64,000 bases of DNA. Origin: Phoronis australis (lineage: Eukaryota > Animalia > Phoronida). The notes under the pieces are model-generated. The model saw only the letters and a list, made by a program, of their open reading frames with translations. It searched no databases and had not been told where the DNA came from. Made by a program: the position numbers and the translations under genes. Each line of letters starts with the position of its first letter. Position 1 is the stretch's first letter. Below are positions 12,711-26,194 of this stretch, piece by piece. Location: NCBI GenBank assembly GCA_002633005.1, contig NMRA01000199.1, positions 645,950-709,949 on the forward strand, given 5' to 3'.

Positions 12711-15600
12711 AAGAATAACACAAGCACAGAGAAATAAAAGAGAAACGTAAAAACACAAGACAAAAAGAGAAAAATACAAGCTCAAGACACGAATCAAAAA
12801 CTTTATTTCCGTAAAAAGATGAGAAACAAAAGTAAAAACCTCTGCAGACAGAGCTAAACCTGAAACGCTAAATCACAATCGTGTTTTGCGCCGGCTTTGA
12901 AAGAGACCAATGTCATCTCATACTTGTTTTCTAACGTCTTTCTTGCAAAGGGTTTGCATTGGTCGCACACATCACGGTGAGTATATTGGTATTAGCTTTT
13001 CAGTACAGTCAGTCGTCAAGGGCGTTAACTAACGACACCAAATTACATCTGGCATGTCTTTCACCTCACACCAGTTTGTAATTTCGCCCTTCTCTTCTCG
13101 TCTCTTGTAGTTATGATTTCTGATACTAGCAAAATGGAATAAAAATACGTCTAATGAGTTGAAACACACTCAGCTTTAAACAATGGTGTGCATAGATTCT
13201 TGTCAGTTCTAAAGTCTTTTTAAATAAACGTTTGTGTTGTTCGGCAAAAATGAATTACGAAAATCTGTCCTATCAGACTGCCATAATTTGAAAACTTTAC
13301 CGGTATGTTTATTGTTTTTATTGGAAAACTCGTACACTGCTGATCACTCCACTCCCTCCGCTTTCCTGCGAAACAAGCGCCCTTGTCGGGATGACTTTCG
13401 TGATGTTTTATCATTCCTCTACACATCAAGGATTCCCTTCGCTTATTTGACAAAAAGAAGAGAAATGGCGGCAACAACAGGATTGTTCTAAACCCCCTCG
13501 ATCCTCTCGACCCCTTGTCCCTCGACCCATGACCTTATAGAGGGTACTGGAACTTTTCCTCTCACGTGAGTGAGGACCCTAAATGCGTGCATGTCATAAG
13601 GGTAATTTTAATTGCGCTAACAATTATAATATGCATTTTTAAGTTGTGTCGTTGCATATCATAAGGATTACCGTAATTAAAACCACCCGTTTAATTTAAT
13701 TACGGCAACCCTTATGATATGCACGCACTTACCTGTATCCTGCGATTATGCAACTTAAAAGTTGCGTCATCGCAACATATAAATACAACCTCTGCAGGTG
13801 TTAGTCGTCAAAAGGAACACACCCATTCCATCACAGTCGTGAACATCAAGTCCTGGTAAGTCTTTGCTCAGAAATTTGTCATGTTCTGAGAATAATGCTA
13901 CATTATTGCATGCACAATCCGCATAAGGCATTTGTATAGCTAAGGACATTTCGTCATGCTGATGGGATTCTCTTGTTTTGCTATCAACGTACTTTTCTTT
14001 TTTTCGTTGACGTTCGGCAAACGTCACATGACCCAATTAATAGCAGATTGGCGAAAAGTAAAAAACATTTTACTGCCTTTCTATTTTTCAGAAAACATAT
14101 CCTTTACTGAGCTAAAATCTATAGTATTTTAGACATACGGTTAAATACACAACCTTGTCGATTAGGTCCAGCATAGGAGCTCGATAGTAAAAGCGCCCTC
14201 TAGTTTTTGATTTGGTTCTCCCTTCAGGTTGGCAACCGTTGGCGGGTACCAGGAGATAGCCTTAGACCCAGCACATCAGAAAGAAACCTGGTGCCACAAA
14301 AATGATAAAAATTCCGCTAGACTCGGGTCTGCATGACAACAGAAAACCTCAATAAATTGCAATGACTTAATAAAACCTGTATAACTTTGTAACGGAATGA
14401 GGTAGAGACGCGATTATTGAAGCATTCGATAGCACATTTATGTCATGTTGAAAGTGAAACTTAATCTAAGTAAGTAAAAAATTGTTGAAATGTCTTTAAC
14501 GTGGCTAACCATGCAAGATGTCCGAATTTATGACGCTGTCAAAAGATTCAACAACTTTTTCCACCAAGGTGATTCTAATTCTGTGGGTTTCAACAAATTT
14601 GGTGCTCTCCTAGTGACCGACTAACGACTTCCAGTTTGCTGTACCTTCTTCGCATTCTCTTTCAAACCAACATTTATTATAGATGGCGCCACTCGCCACG
14701 TCCTGTGTTTGTTATGGTAGTGTAGCGTCCATGGAAACAGACCTTCTGCGTCGTATATCAGTGTTCGTGACAGGACCCCTAGACTTGGGCTAAAATCTCG
14801 AGTAAAACTTGGAGCAAAAACTCGAAATTTTGAGCTCAGACTGGAACTTGCTGCTTTAATGTAGGGGTCATCAAATGCAAAATAGTATTACATAGTTATC
14901 AAGCCACGTAAACTGTAACATACAATAAATAACACTTACATGAAGTTCGAACTTTTAAGTTGATTGGAAAATGATAAAAAGGTTTGAGTTCGATTTCGAG
15001 TAAAAATATTAGACCCCAGGCCCTGGTATGAAACATATGAACTTTTGATCTTCAAAAATAATTTCGTTGTGATAAAAATAGCGTGAAATTAATCTCCCTC
15101 ATCAATCACACCGCCAACGAAGGAAACTAAACCATCTGGTTTGAAGCATTAACTACCTACCAGTTCTTAAGGATGGAATTTCTTTCTAATCTGACTTAAG
15201 AACACGATAAAACCGACTGTATCAAGTTTATGACAATAAAACGCCTAAATAAAAGGTTGGTTTTGACTGGGTGTGTGGAAATTATAAGAAAATCATCGTT
15301 ATGAGGTAAACAATCGGCCTTTGCTGCTAAGTTACTGGACGTCATTTCATGACCAATCATCACCAGAATAGATCGGATCTGTCTCTACTTGTCTAGGACG
15401 CAGCAAGGCATGAGTTTGTGCGGTGTAAAAATTCAAGTACCCCTCATATATTTCAGATTGTCAAAAACGGTCTGTTCGACACCCACTGTCTTCTCAGTCC
15501 AAAGCACACGATCTCACAAGCTAGAAGGACATACATGTACAAATTCCATCCATTTTAAGTATTTCATTTATATAGCGATATCTCCGTGTTTACAGAAAAG

Positions 15601-17885
15601 ATGAACAACCTTAAGTTCTTGACAGTTTTGCTGTTGGTCTGCACCGCCATGAAGTTTGCCGACGCCAGCCCAGCGGAGTAAGTATTTATTCAGTCGACTC
15701 ATTCAGTTTTGTATTTGTGGGTATTTAGTCGAATTCAGTGTTTCCAAGCTCTATAAATATCTCTAAAAGAACCACGATGACGTCAAACTTGAATAACTGC
15801 AATACAGAAACCCACATCAATATGTATTATCCAAACGCAAATAAATAAAAAGATTATAATCGTTTTATCGAACTTCAGTTAAGGAATTCATCGTAACAGT
15901 AAATCGGAACACGTCTTTGGGACTGTGTATTTCTCAAATCAAATGAAAATTTTGTCGTAACGCCACAAGTGAGCCAAACATTCCTTAACAGACAAGTCTT
16001 ATTTTTCCGCTGTTGTCGTCATCCATTCTTCTTTCTTCTTCAATAGGGCCCGACAGGATCTCGCCGCCGACGAGACCGTCAAGCGAGAGGCAGCGGTGTC
16101 AGATGCGGCTGAGGAGAAGCTGACAGCCAAACGAAACTGTCTTATGGTACGTAGAATGTGACGTTTTTCTTGTCAATGTCATTGTTATATTATTTTTGTC
16201 GCAGCTCGCTTGGCCATAGTGGCTGACCCAACTCATTATAGATTGTTTGTACCTCTCATAATAATCGCGATTGCGAAGAAATTCAAGAAAACACGTTATT
16301 TCGCTAACTTGGCTGCGAAGCATCGTCAGAAGATCGAATGTTCAGATAGGAAGTCAGCTACACCAATCACTTCGACACGGTCACTGATTTGCTAGAATAG
16401 TCTAGTTAATTCTTTGAACCGTTTAAAAGTTGGTAGTTTTATGCTTTGTAAGGAAACATTCGGGGGCAACGAATTTGTCAATTTTACATGCAAACATTTT
16501 TATTAAATAATGGGTTTGGCGTAAGCAAACAAAAATTTTTGTTGGAAAAATTGGGACAACTTCGAACAAAAAATCAAATATCAAATTTTCAAAACTTGAA
16601 AACGTAAATTTTGATCACAAAGAAACCTTATACTTTCGAGAAATCATAAGTTTTCCATACATGAAAACTTATGAAGTAATGAAAACTTAAGTTTTTATAA
16701 TTCGAAAAACTTTAGTTTGTAATAAGCTTAAGCTATCAGTTTATTTTCAGTTTTGATAATACGAAAACTTAGGTTTTGTGATAAACTTTAAGTTATCAGA
16801 AAAACTTAAGCTTTGATAATACAAAAATATAAGTTTTGTGATGAACTTTAGCTTCCAGAAAGTTTTCATAAAAAATTAAGCTTATGTGTGAAAACTTAAG
16901 TTCTATACTTGAAAAAATTAAGTTTTCTGAAAAAGCTAAGATGGTGCTGAAAAACTTGGCGAGCGATTTGCCACAGGTGATGTGAGATTGTGAACCAGGA
17001 AGTGTAGATCCCAAATCTCAGATGCCGAATTTGAGATGGATTTCTTAAGAGAAAATTGTTCTAATGTCTGACGTTCAATCAATGTTTTATTCTAAACAAC
17101 CACTTAAAAGAGATTAATTCATAAGAATTAAGACGAAAGTGTTCAGAAAAAATTTCGAAGATGCTTCGGTGACTGGCCTAAAAACGGGCACAGTAAATAT
17201 GAAAGTGACACGTTCACCAGAGAAGTCAACCAAATAAACCGATTTTTTCTGTTTGCGAGATTTACTTTTCAGCTATCTTAATGGTCATTAGGTGTCACGT
17301 AACAACTTTTGCTGTTCACCGGTCAAACAAACTAATAATAAAACTGTTAAAGGAGAATGCCATAGAGAAACGACGTATTTTGTATCAACTTAGACCAAGT
17401 AGTTTCATTCGGTAACGGCAAGATCAGTTCTTTTACCTGACACCAGACGGCAGATTTTGATGCAGTTGTTCAGTGACGACGTATACGCCACTACTATGAC
17501 GGATTCGGACCCACATTTGCAATGCACAGCCACAATGACATCACATTATTTTTCAAAAATTTAGCAGAAGTTGGATTTTTTCCAATTCACATTAACCGCA
17601 AAGACAATTTAGCACTCGAGTTCTTTTCTAAGTCACGTGTCTTGATTAATCGGTGTGCTCCGACGACGGTTGTATACACCCACTCGTGATCTGCGATAGA
17701 TGAGGAGTAAGATTGATCTGTAGCCAATGTTACAATGTTACAGCCACGCATAAATCTGACCTAATTATTATTCATACTGTTTTAAATTTGCATTTGACTG
17801 TTTTCGAAATGTCAAAATGACGCCATACTAATTACACCTCGAACTTGATTGGCATTTTCACTCTTTGTTACAGGCATGGTGTTAG
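15601..17885 (+). CDS. Secreted prepropeptide, copy A (62 aa; predicted mature cyclic peptide NCLMAWC)
   Basis: Exons 15601-15677 (GA|gtaagt), 16047-16146 (ttcttcttcaatag|G ... ATG|gtacgt) and 17874-17885 (ctctttgttacag|GCA TGG TGT TAG); phases are compatible. Protein MNNLKFLTVLLLVCTAMKFADASPAEARQDLAADETVKREAAVSDAAEEKLTAKRNCLMAWC. AATAAA at 18084-18089. Confidence 0.8.
16600..16960. repeat. Degenerate ~20-22-bp tandem repeat (aaaacttaagttttcataa-like) in intron 2 of the peptide gene; second copy ~27185-27530
   Basis: Recurrent aaaacttaag/aagcttaag/aaacttagg words with a self-complementary core. Confidence 0.7.
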
Positions 17886-19149
17886 CCATAGCCAACACAG
17901 ATCCACCACCGCCGCATGCTTCAACAGTTCAAGTGATTGGTGTATGTTAAGACATTGGCTAGCAAATATAAATACGATTCCAAAACGTCACATCTCGTTG
18001 TTTATTTACGTTCATAACCGATAACTAGATGAATTTTCCAAATGCCTAAATTGTATTGCTAGTTAAATATCAAGTTATATGTAAATAAAGGCTATTTAAC
18101 ATTTTTAATTGATTACAAAGTGCATCTTAAGTTTATTTGAAAATCTACCTCATCCAAAATAATACCCGAAACTTCGTTTCTTCAGTGTCAGTTTCATTCT
18201 TTATCATTCAGTATGTTATCGATAATTATTTTATGACTTGGTTTAATTTCTGAGCTTGACATTGGCAGAATAGACAACACACAGCGCCACCTCTCGCTAC
18301 CATATTAGGGGAATAAAAAATGTGCCACTTGAAAATATGAGGAATTTTCAAATATCCACTGCTTGCAGATAAATCTAGTCACACAGAAAAAATGGATGAA
18401 CAAGTGCTTCAGAGCTGCAGTGGATAATGAAGCTGTTGTTATTATCTTTTAATAGTCCAAAACTCGGTATAGTATAAATATCAAGAATTCGCAATGCAGT
18501 TAGAAATATTACCACATAAACTCATACGGAGAACGCTGCCGTATGTATTAGTTTTTTTACACATGCAATATTTCACTAAACACAATGGAAAGAAAATAGT
18601 TACCTCTCTCAGAACAAAAATTCGCTGAACAACTGGAACCATGACACCAAAGCTGCTTACAGAAACAGGTTCCCAAAAAGTCAAGACGTCATACCAGACG
18701 AAGGGCTGCAAATATAAACAAACTACCCACAAACTAGGTGTACCTTTCAATTTTTTCTCTTAATTTCCAAGAATCAAATTGAAAATCATTCAAACACACA
18801 TGTATGTTCACCAGAACATTCCAGGCAATTTTGATTTTTACAAAAGTTCGGCAAATATACGTGAATACCACCTAGCCATATTACATGTACAACAGCTTAC
18901 ATGCTGAAATTGTCCTCATCCCTTAAGCTGCTGTGCAGAGCTTATGGGACGTCCTTGGTGAAGGAGAGCTTCATACTCACACACAGAATATCACCTCTAC
19001 AAGTAATCACCAGATCATACAGATATATAATCATGGAGGATTTAATCGATAAGTATATACTTTTTAGTCAAATGTTTTTGACTAAAATGTGCAGACTTAT
19101 CGATTGGGTCCTCCTTAAACTCGATAATAGCTTTGTATATTGTTTGCGT

Positions 19150-19329
19150 GATCAACTGTTGTCTCCTCTGACTTTGCTCGAAACTAACATTATACTAAAG
19201 TTCACGTATGAATTGCCTGTCTCTGAGAAGTTGCCTTTTCTCGATGTCCTTGTGCATTATTCCGACGGTGGGTTGCGTACTTTAATTTTTCACAAACCTA
19301 CAGATATTGGTGCCTGTTTGCATATTTAG
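19150..19329 (+). mobile_element. Penelope-like RT C-terminal remnant, copy 1
   Basis: LKFTYELPVSEKLPFLDVLVHYSDGGLRTLIFHKPTDIGACLH resembles the PLE pattern IKFTxE...LPFLDVLV...TxVYRKPT. Confidence 0.7.
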
Positions 19330-20179
19330 ACATGCAATAAGTAAAGAGGATCTCACAACAAAAAATAGAGGAAAGTATATTAAGAAAGTCTGCACATGCG
19401 CAGAAAATTTAAGGAATCATAGCAGAGTTCCTGCTGGCACTGTTTTATGCACCTGGCCTCAGGTGCCCTCAACAACCATCACGAGGGTAGTGGCACAAGA
19501 ATTTTCCTAATTGTTAATCATGTTTAAAGGAAAGCGTAAAAACAAACATGATTTTTGCCAACGACACAGGTGTCCTCGTAATTGCTGTCTGTACCTTCCC
19601 AATACTGCAAGCACTCGGGCATCGGGTACCTGGAATATTGCTTAATATCAAAATCGCGTCTGCGTGAACTTGGAATACATGAAGAAAGTTGAGTAGATAA
19701 CTGAAATAATGACGTTCACGTCGTTAAAAAATCGGACAATTCTAAATCAAACTACATTTAAAAAAATAACGTAAATTTTAATCAACTTTTTTAACTATTG
19801 GCTATCTGATTCACTAAACAATAATAAATTTCAAAAAAGTTTATCTGATTCTAGAAAATGAGATGCCTATTGACTTGAACGTTCTATAAATGTCGCCATG
19901 GCACCCATTCCATATTAATTTTACGCAGCAGAGGCAGTTGTGATTGCAGTTTTGGCTGTACGGCTTCAATTTATCTTTTGATAATGGGGTTAAAATCTTA
20001 TGTATCGCTAAGTACATGTAACTTGCTTTCTTTTGTGGTGATAGTGACTAACTTTATCTGGCAGTGTTGATCACGGGATTCGATCGGCCAGCAAAGGATT
20101 TTCTGGGATCAGCCTCAGCACGGGTCCGGAGCCTCCGAGGCCTTATAATGACGGTGACGATGACGACGACGAAATTGAA

Positions 20180-22310
20180 TTGATTATTGATTTTTATTTT
20201 ATAAATGTAATATTTGCAATAAGGGTAGCCCCATCAGTTCACACTGCTTTCCATGAGGGCACTCAGTAAAAACATACAGACAGTAAGACAAACTAACAGA
20301 ATTACGAAATGAAAGACAATATTTATATAATTAATAAAGAATAAGAAAAAAGAATTAAGAAATTAACATGGAAAGACTGATGAAACAAAATAAAAAATAA
20401 AATATGATGAATAGAAGATAAAGAAAGTAAGACAAGATGATTAACTAAAATATAAATATCAATAATTAAAAACAGACAATAAATAATTAACAAAAGTAAG
20501 ACATAACACACACACACACATATATATACACACACGCATGTATACATATGCACTCATAATTCTTTTAAAGGTTATCAAGGATGGTGCAGGTTTGGGATCT
20601 GCTGGGAGAGTGTTCCATAAATAGAGCCCGCTGTAGGAAAATGTTTTTTTTCTCAGTTTCAGTTCTGGGTTTCGGAAGATTGAAGTTGGATGATAATGAG
20701 GACCTAGTATTCTAGCGATTAGTAGTCATCTTAAACTTAGAACTTAAGTATGTTGGGACAAGACGTTTAAAACATTTGAACATACAACAAGCATTCATTT
20801 CATTTTTCCAGTCTCCGTATGGAGGTTTTCAATCTTAATACCTCTCACACCAGCTCCAGAATAACCCGGCCAACCCTATTTTGGATAAACTGGATGGTTT
20901 TCATATCCTTGTCTGATGCAACGCCCCACACCGGGAGGCAATAACTAGGTGAGGTTGAATGATAGCATTGAAAAGGGTTTTCAATGTTACTCTGTTCACA
21001 AATTTACTGATGCGTATCAATACGCCAATTTTCTTCAACACCTTTTTCGAGTTATAATCAACGTGGTGAGAGAATTTAACATTTTGATCATATATTAGTC
21101 CCAGATAGTTAAAGGAACTCACGTTCTCAATTGGACTTACATTCCTACTCAATGACAGGATTTGGTTACTTATTCTTTGGGAAGAGTTTTTAGTTTTTGA
21201 CACATTTAAGGATAATTCATTGGATACAAGCTAATCTGAAGTGATTGATAAATCACAGTTGAGATTGGTCTGGATTTCAGATGAGGTTCTGCCTGCGGAC
21301 AGTATTTTAGTGTCATCCACATACAGAACAATCTTATAATTTTGAATTAATGAGAGGAGATCATTGACAAAGATGCAAAATAGAAAGGGCCCCAGTATTT
21401 ACCCCTGGGGAACACCTGTTTTAACAGATTTGAGATCAGATATATCTTTTCCGACACGGGTAGCTTGAGTTCTGTTATCAAGATAATCCTGAAACCACAA
21501 GGCTTCGACACCGGTGACCCAATAGGCTTTAAGCTTCTTTAACAAGATAGTGTGGTCGAAGGTCTCAAATGCCTTCTTTAGATCAGTAAAAATAGCACCA
21601 GTAATAATCCTTGATCTATATTTGTATAAATATGGCCAGTGACATCAATGTTAGTAGTTTATGTTGAATGGAGTGGTCGGGAACCAGACTTGGCATTAGT
21701 CAAGAGGTTGGTAGTTTGGAAGTAAGAATGAAGCTGTTTGTGGACCGATTTTTCAAGGATATTTGAAAAAGATGTCAGAATTGAAATGGGTCTGTAATTT
21801 GCGCAGCACGATTTGTCACCGTCTTTGAAAAGTGGAATAACAACGGCCGATTTCCACTCTGACGGTATGGTTGATGTTTTCGATGATGAATTGATCAGTG
21901 ACGTAGTGGGCTAAGAGATTGTCTCAGCATATAATTTAAGGATTTTAGTACTTATGCCGCCAATTCCAGTAGCAGAATTGCCATCCATTGATTTGAATTG
22001 CTGGAAAACAAAATTAGCGTCAACCTCATGGAATTTAAAAGCTATCTCTTCGCTGATCTGGGGTGGAAATAAATGGCTAGTGTTTTTAAATTTTCGGGAT
22101 GGGTTTTGGCCAATATTCGTGAAAAAGTCGTTAAAGGTACTAGCCATGACTGCATTATCAGGTGTCATGCCGTCATCCGTATTCAGTTCAGCGATATTAG
22201 TATTCGATTTCCCTGGTAGATTAGACTTTATAACTTTCTATAAAGATTTACCATCTGATTTGATGTCATTAATGAATGTCTTATAATAATTTGCGTTGGC
22301 CTGTTTTAAA
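20180..22310 (-). mobile_element. Decayed CR1/L2-type LINE, copy 3
   Basis: Near-identical to 7050-9390 with the same flanks. It retains GVPQGxILGPFLF and a segment (21170-21208) that is deleted in copy 1. Confidence 0.88.
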
Positions 22311-23592
22311 GAATAACACAAGCACAGAGAAATAAAAGAGAAACGTAAAAACACAACACAAAAAGAGTACAAGCTCAAAATACGAATCAAAAACTTTATT
22401 TCCGTAAAAAGATGAGAAACAAAAGTAAAAACCTCTGCAGGCAAAGCTAAACCTGAAACGCTAAATCGTGTTTTACGCCGGCCTTGAAAGAGACCAATGT
22501 CATCTCATACTAGTTTTCTAACGTCTTTCTTGCAAAGGGTTTTCATTGGTCGCACACACCACGGTGAGTATAGTGGTATTAGCTTTTCAGTACAGTCAGT
22601 CGTCAAGGGCGTTAACTAACGACCCCAAATTATATCTGGCATGTCTTTTACCTCACACCAGTTTGTAATTTCTCCCTTCTCTTCTCGTCTCTTGTAGTCA
22701 CGATTTCTGATACTAGCCAAATGGTATAAAAATATGTTTAATGAGTTGAAACACACTCAGCTTTAAACAATGTTGTGCATAGATTTTAGTCAGTTCTAAA
22801 GTCTTTTGAAATAAATGTTTGTGTTGTTCGGCAAAAATGAATTACGAAAATCTGTCCTATCAGACTGCCATAATTTGAAAACTTTACCGGTATGTTTATT
22901 GTTTTTATTAGAAAACTCGTACACTGCTGATAACTCCACTCCCTCTGTTTTCCTGCGAAACAAGCGCCCTTGTCGGGATGACTTTCCTGCTGTTTTATCA
23001 TTCCTCTACACATCAAGGATTCCCTTCGCATATTTGACAAAAAGAAAAGAAATGGCGGCAACAACAGGATTGTTCTAAACCCTCTCGATCCTCTCGACCC
23101 CTTGTCCCTCGACCCATGACCTTTTAGAGGGTACAGGCACTTTTCCTCTCACGTGAGTGAGGACCCTAAATGCGTTCATAACATAAAGGGTAATTTTAAT
23201 TACGCTAACAATTATAATATGCATTTTTAGTTTTGTCGCTGCATATCATAAGGGTTACCGTAATTAAAATCACCCATTTAATTTAATCACGGCAACCCTT
23301 ATGATATGCACGCACTTATTTGTACCCTGCAATGATGCAACTTAGCAGTTGCGTCATCGCAATATATAAATACAACCTCTGCAGGTGTTAGTCGTCAAAA
23401 GGAACACACCCATTCCACGACAGTCGTGAACATCAAGTCCTGGTAAGTCTTTGCTCAGAAATTTGTCATGTTCCGAGAATAATGCTACATTATTGCATGC
23501 ACAATCCGCACAAGGCATTTGTATAGCTAAGGACATTTCGTCATGCTGGTGGGATTCTCTTGTTTTGCTATCAACGTACTTTTCTTTTTTCG

Positions 23593-24063
23593 TAGAAAAT
23601 ATACCTGAAACTAAATAAGGCGATCCAGATCCTCCCAAGGATACTTTTGTTTCATGAAATGAAGAATATAAATCGGTAAATAAAACAACAAGAATGGATC
23701 AATTGAAATTTGAAATTTTCGGATGTAATAACTTCCTTTGTCAACAAAAACAGAAATAAAGTAAAAATCAAACACAAAATGACAATTGACATATAAGATA
23801 TGGTGTAATGAATATGATACAAAGGAAGCGTAAAAACTAAAATTGCCACTAGGGGGCACACCGGTAGTCGGACCGTCCGAAAGTTCTCACATGCCGTCCC
23901 ATTCATGAATGGAACATTTGTGACAAACTTCATGAACGCATGTCAAAGGGTTTTGGAGATAAAGCAGCGGACGCCGGACGGACGCCGGACGGACGCCGCC
24001 CGGACGGACGGACGGACGGAGATGACGGCATAATGCGTCCACATATAAATGTGGGTGCATAAA
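23593..24063 (-). mobile_element. Helentron-associated non-autonomous element (HINE/DINE-1-like)
   Basis: Absent from the other units. The minus strand begins in a T-run with ttatgcacccacatttatatgtggacgcat (short inverted repeat) followed by a (CCGT)n microsatellite at 23968-24019, the layout known for HINEs. Confidence 0.6.
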
Positions 24064-26194
24064 AACGATCTGTCAACTGTTCGTAACTTCATCGATTTTT
24101 CTCCAGCAAGGCAAAGCACGTTTCCATATTTGGTGTAGCAAGACATAGACGTTGCACATTTCCCTTATATGGAAATATGACCTTTGATCTTTGATCTTTG
24201 ATGTAAACGAAACAATTGCGACTTCAAGCAGCAGGCAGTTAGGTTAAGAGGCAGTCCTAACAGTTAAAATTAGTTGTAAAGTTATCGCAGTATTCAAACG
24301 CATTCTAAAATGCACTTGGAATTATTTTTGGAAAATCGCTCGCTTCGCTGGCCTGCCTCGTACTGTGTTGCCGGCCTCAGACTCGGAGTACTATAACTCA
24401 AGATAATCTGCTGTTAATATCGGTCTTATCAGTCAGCTGTTTGATGAACGACATGAGAAAGATTGAAAAACTCTGTGACGACAACAGAGTTTTTACTTCG
24501 GGAGTACTTAAAAATGTTAAATTTTGTGATTTTTTGTGGAAATTACCTCACAAGGAAATTTGAATAACTCTGTATTAGATGGTAATTTCTTCTCTAATTT
24601 GTTTAAATAAATTTTTGACGAATGCCAGAGTTCTGATTTTTTGGTATCCGATGCACTGGCTACATCCTTATTACTACGGTTTTTGGTCTCAAGGACTGGG
24701 ACATTAGGACATAACGTACTTGAAAGTGTTACGTGAAAGGATTTGACGTAATTCACAAAACATTTTATGAGATAGCGACTGGGTACGTTGCTTTTAAATT
24801 CATATCGTCAGTTTCAATGTAGAGGTTACTTAAAAGCATGTTTAGCGCCGTCGCTAAGAAATTGTTGCCAGTAAACCTTCACGAATTCTTCGTGTGAACA
24901 GCCACCAAACTTGCCACGTCTTCCATTCGTTCTCCACATGGGAGTTTCAACATAAAATCAAGGTATAGGTGAGACAATAGTGTTCGAAAGAGACATTAGC
25001 AAGGCACATCCTTTGTAGGTGGTAAATTTCCACTTGACAACTTTTCCTTTGAAAATAAAGAGTAACGGTCGCTGTCAAGAGATTCAATAACTTTTCGACC
25101 AGGGTGATTCTAATTCTGTGGGTTTCAAGAAATTTGGTGCTCTCATAGTGACCGACTAACGACTTCCAGTTTGCTGTACCTTCTTCGCATTCGCTTTCAA
25201 ACCAACATTTATTATAGATGGCGCCACGCGCCATGTCCTTTGTTTGTTATGGTAGTGTAGCGTCCATGGAAACAGACCTTCTGCGTCGTATGTCAATGTT
25301 CGTGACAAGACCCCTCAGTATACCTGAGCTAAAATCTCGAGTAAAACTCGGGACTTGGAGTAAAAACTCGAAATTTTGAGTTCAGGCTGGAACTTGCTGC
25401 TTTAATGTAGGGGTCATCAAATGCAAAATAGTATTACATAGTTATCTAGGCACGTAAACTGTAACATACAATAAATAACACCAGGTAGGTCCTGGTTATC
25501 TCTTCGTGATAACACTTACATAAAGTTCGTACTTTTAAGTTAATTGGAAAATGATAAAAAGGTTTGAGTTCGATTTCGAGTAAATTATTAGACCCCAGGC
25601 CCTGGTATGAAACATATGAACATTTGATCTTCAAAAATAATTTCGTTGTGATAAAAATAGCGTGAAATTAATCTCCCGCATCAATCACACTGCCAGCGAA
25701 AGAAACTAACCGATCTGGTTTGAAGCAATAACTACCTACCAGTTCTTAAGGCTGGAATTTCTTTCTAATCTGACTTAGGAACACGATAAAACCGACTGTA
25801 TCAAGTTTATGACAATAAAACGCCTAAATAAAAGATTGGTTTTGACTGGGTGTGTGGGAATTATAAGAGAATCATCGTTATGAGGTAAACAATCGGCCTT
25901 TTGATGCTAAGTTACTAGATGTCATTTCATGACCAATCATCACCAGATTAGATCGGATCCGTCTCTACTAAGGTACTTGTCTAGGACGCAGCAAGGCATG
26001 AGTTTCTGCGGTGTAGAAATTCAAGTAGGGCCTACCCACATATATTTCAGATTGTTAAAAACGGTCTGTTCGACACCCACTGTCTTCTCAGTTCAAAGCA
26101 CGCGATCTCACAAGTTAGAAGGACATACATGTACAAATTCCATCCATTTTATGTATTTCATTTATATACCGATATCTTCGTGTTTACAGAAAAG

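Noticed and set aside
15601-17885. Assigning the peptide to oxytocin/vasopressin, urotensin II, somatostatin/allatostatin C or contryphan
   Set aside because: There is no neurophysin or amidation signal, no FWK core, and the ring size differs from allatostatin C and contryphan. Only the architecture is shared.
18901-19510. 142-aa and 67-aa ORFs as genes
   Set aside because: Only the last ~45 aa is recognisable (Penelope RT remnant), and the N-termini differ between copies by an indel.
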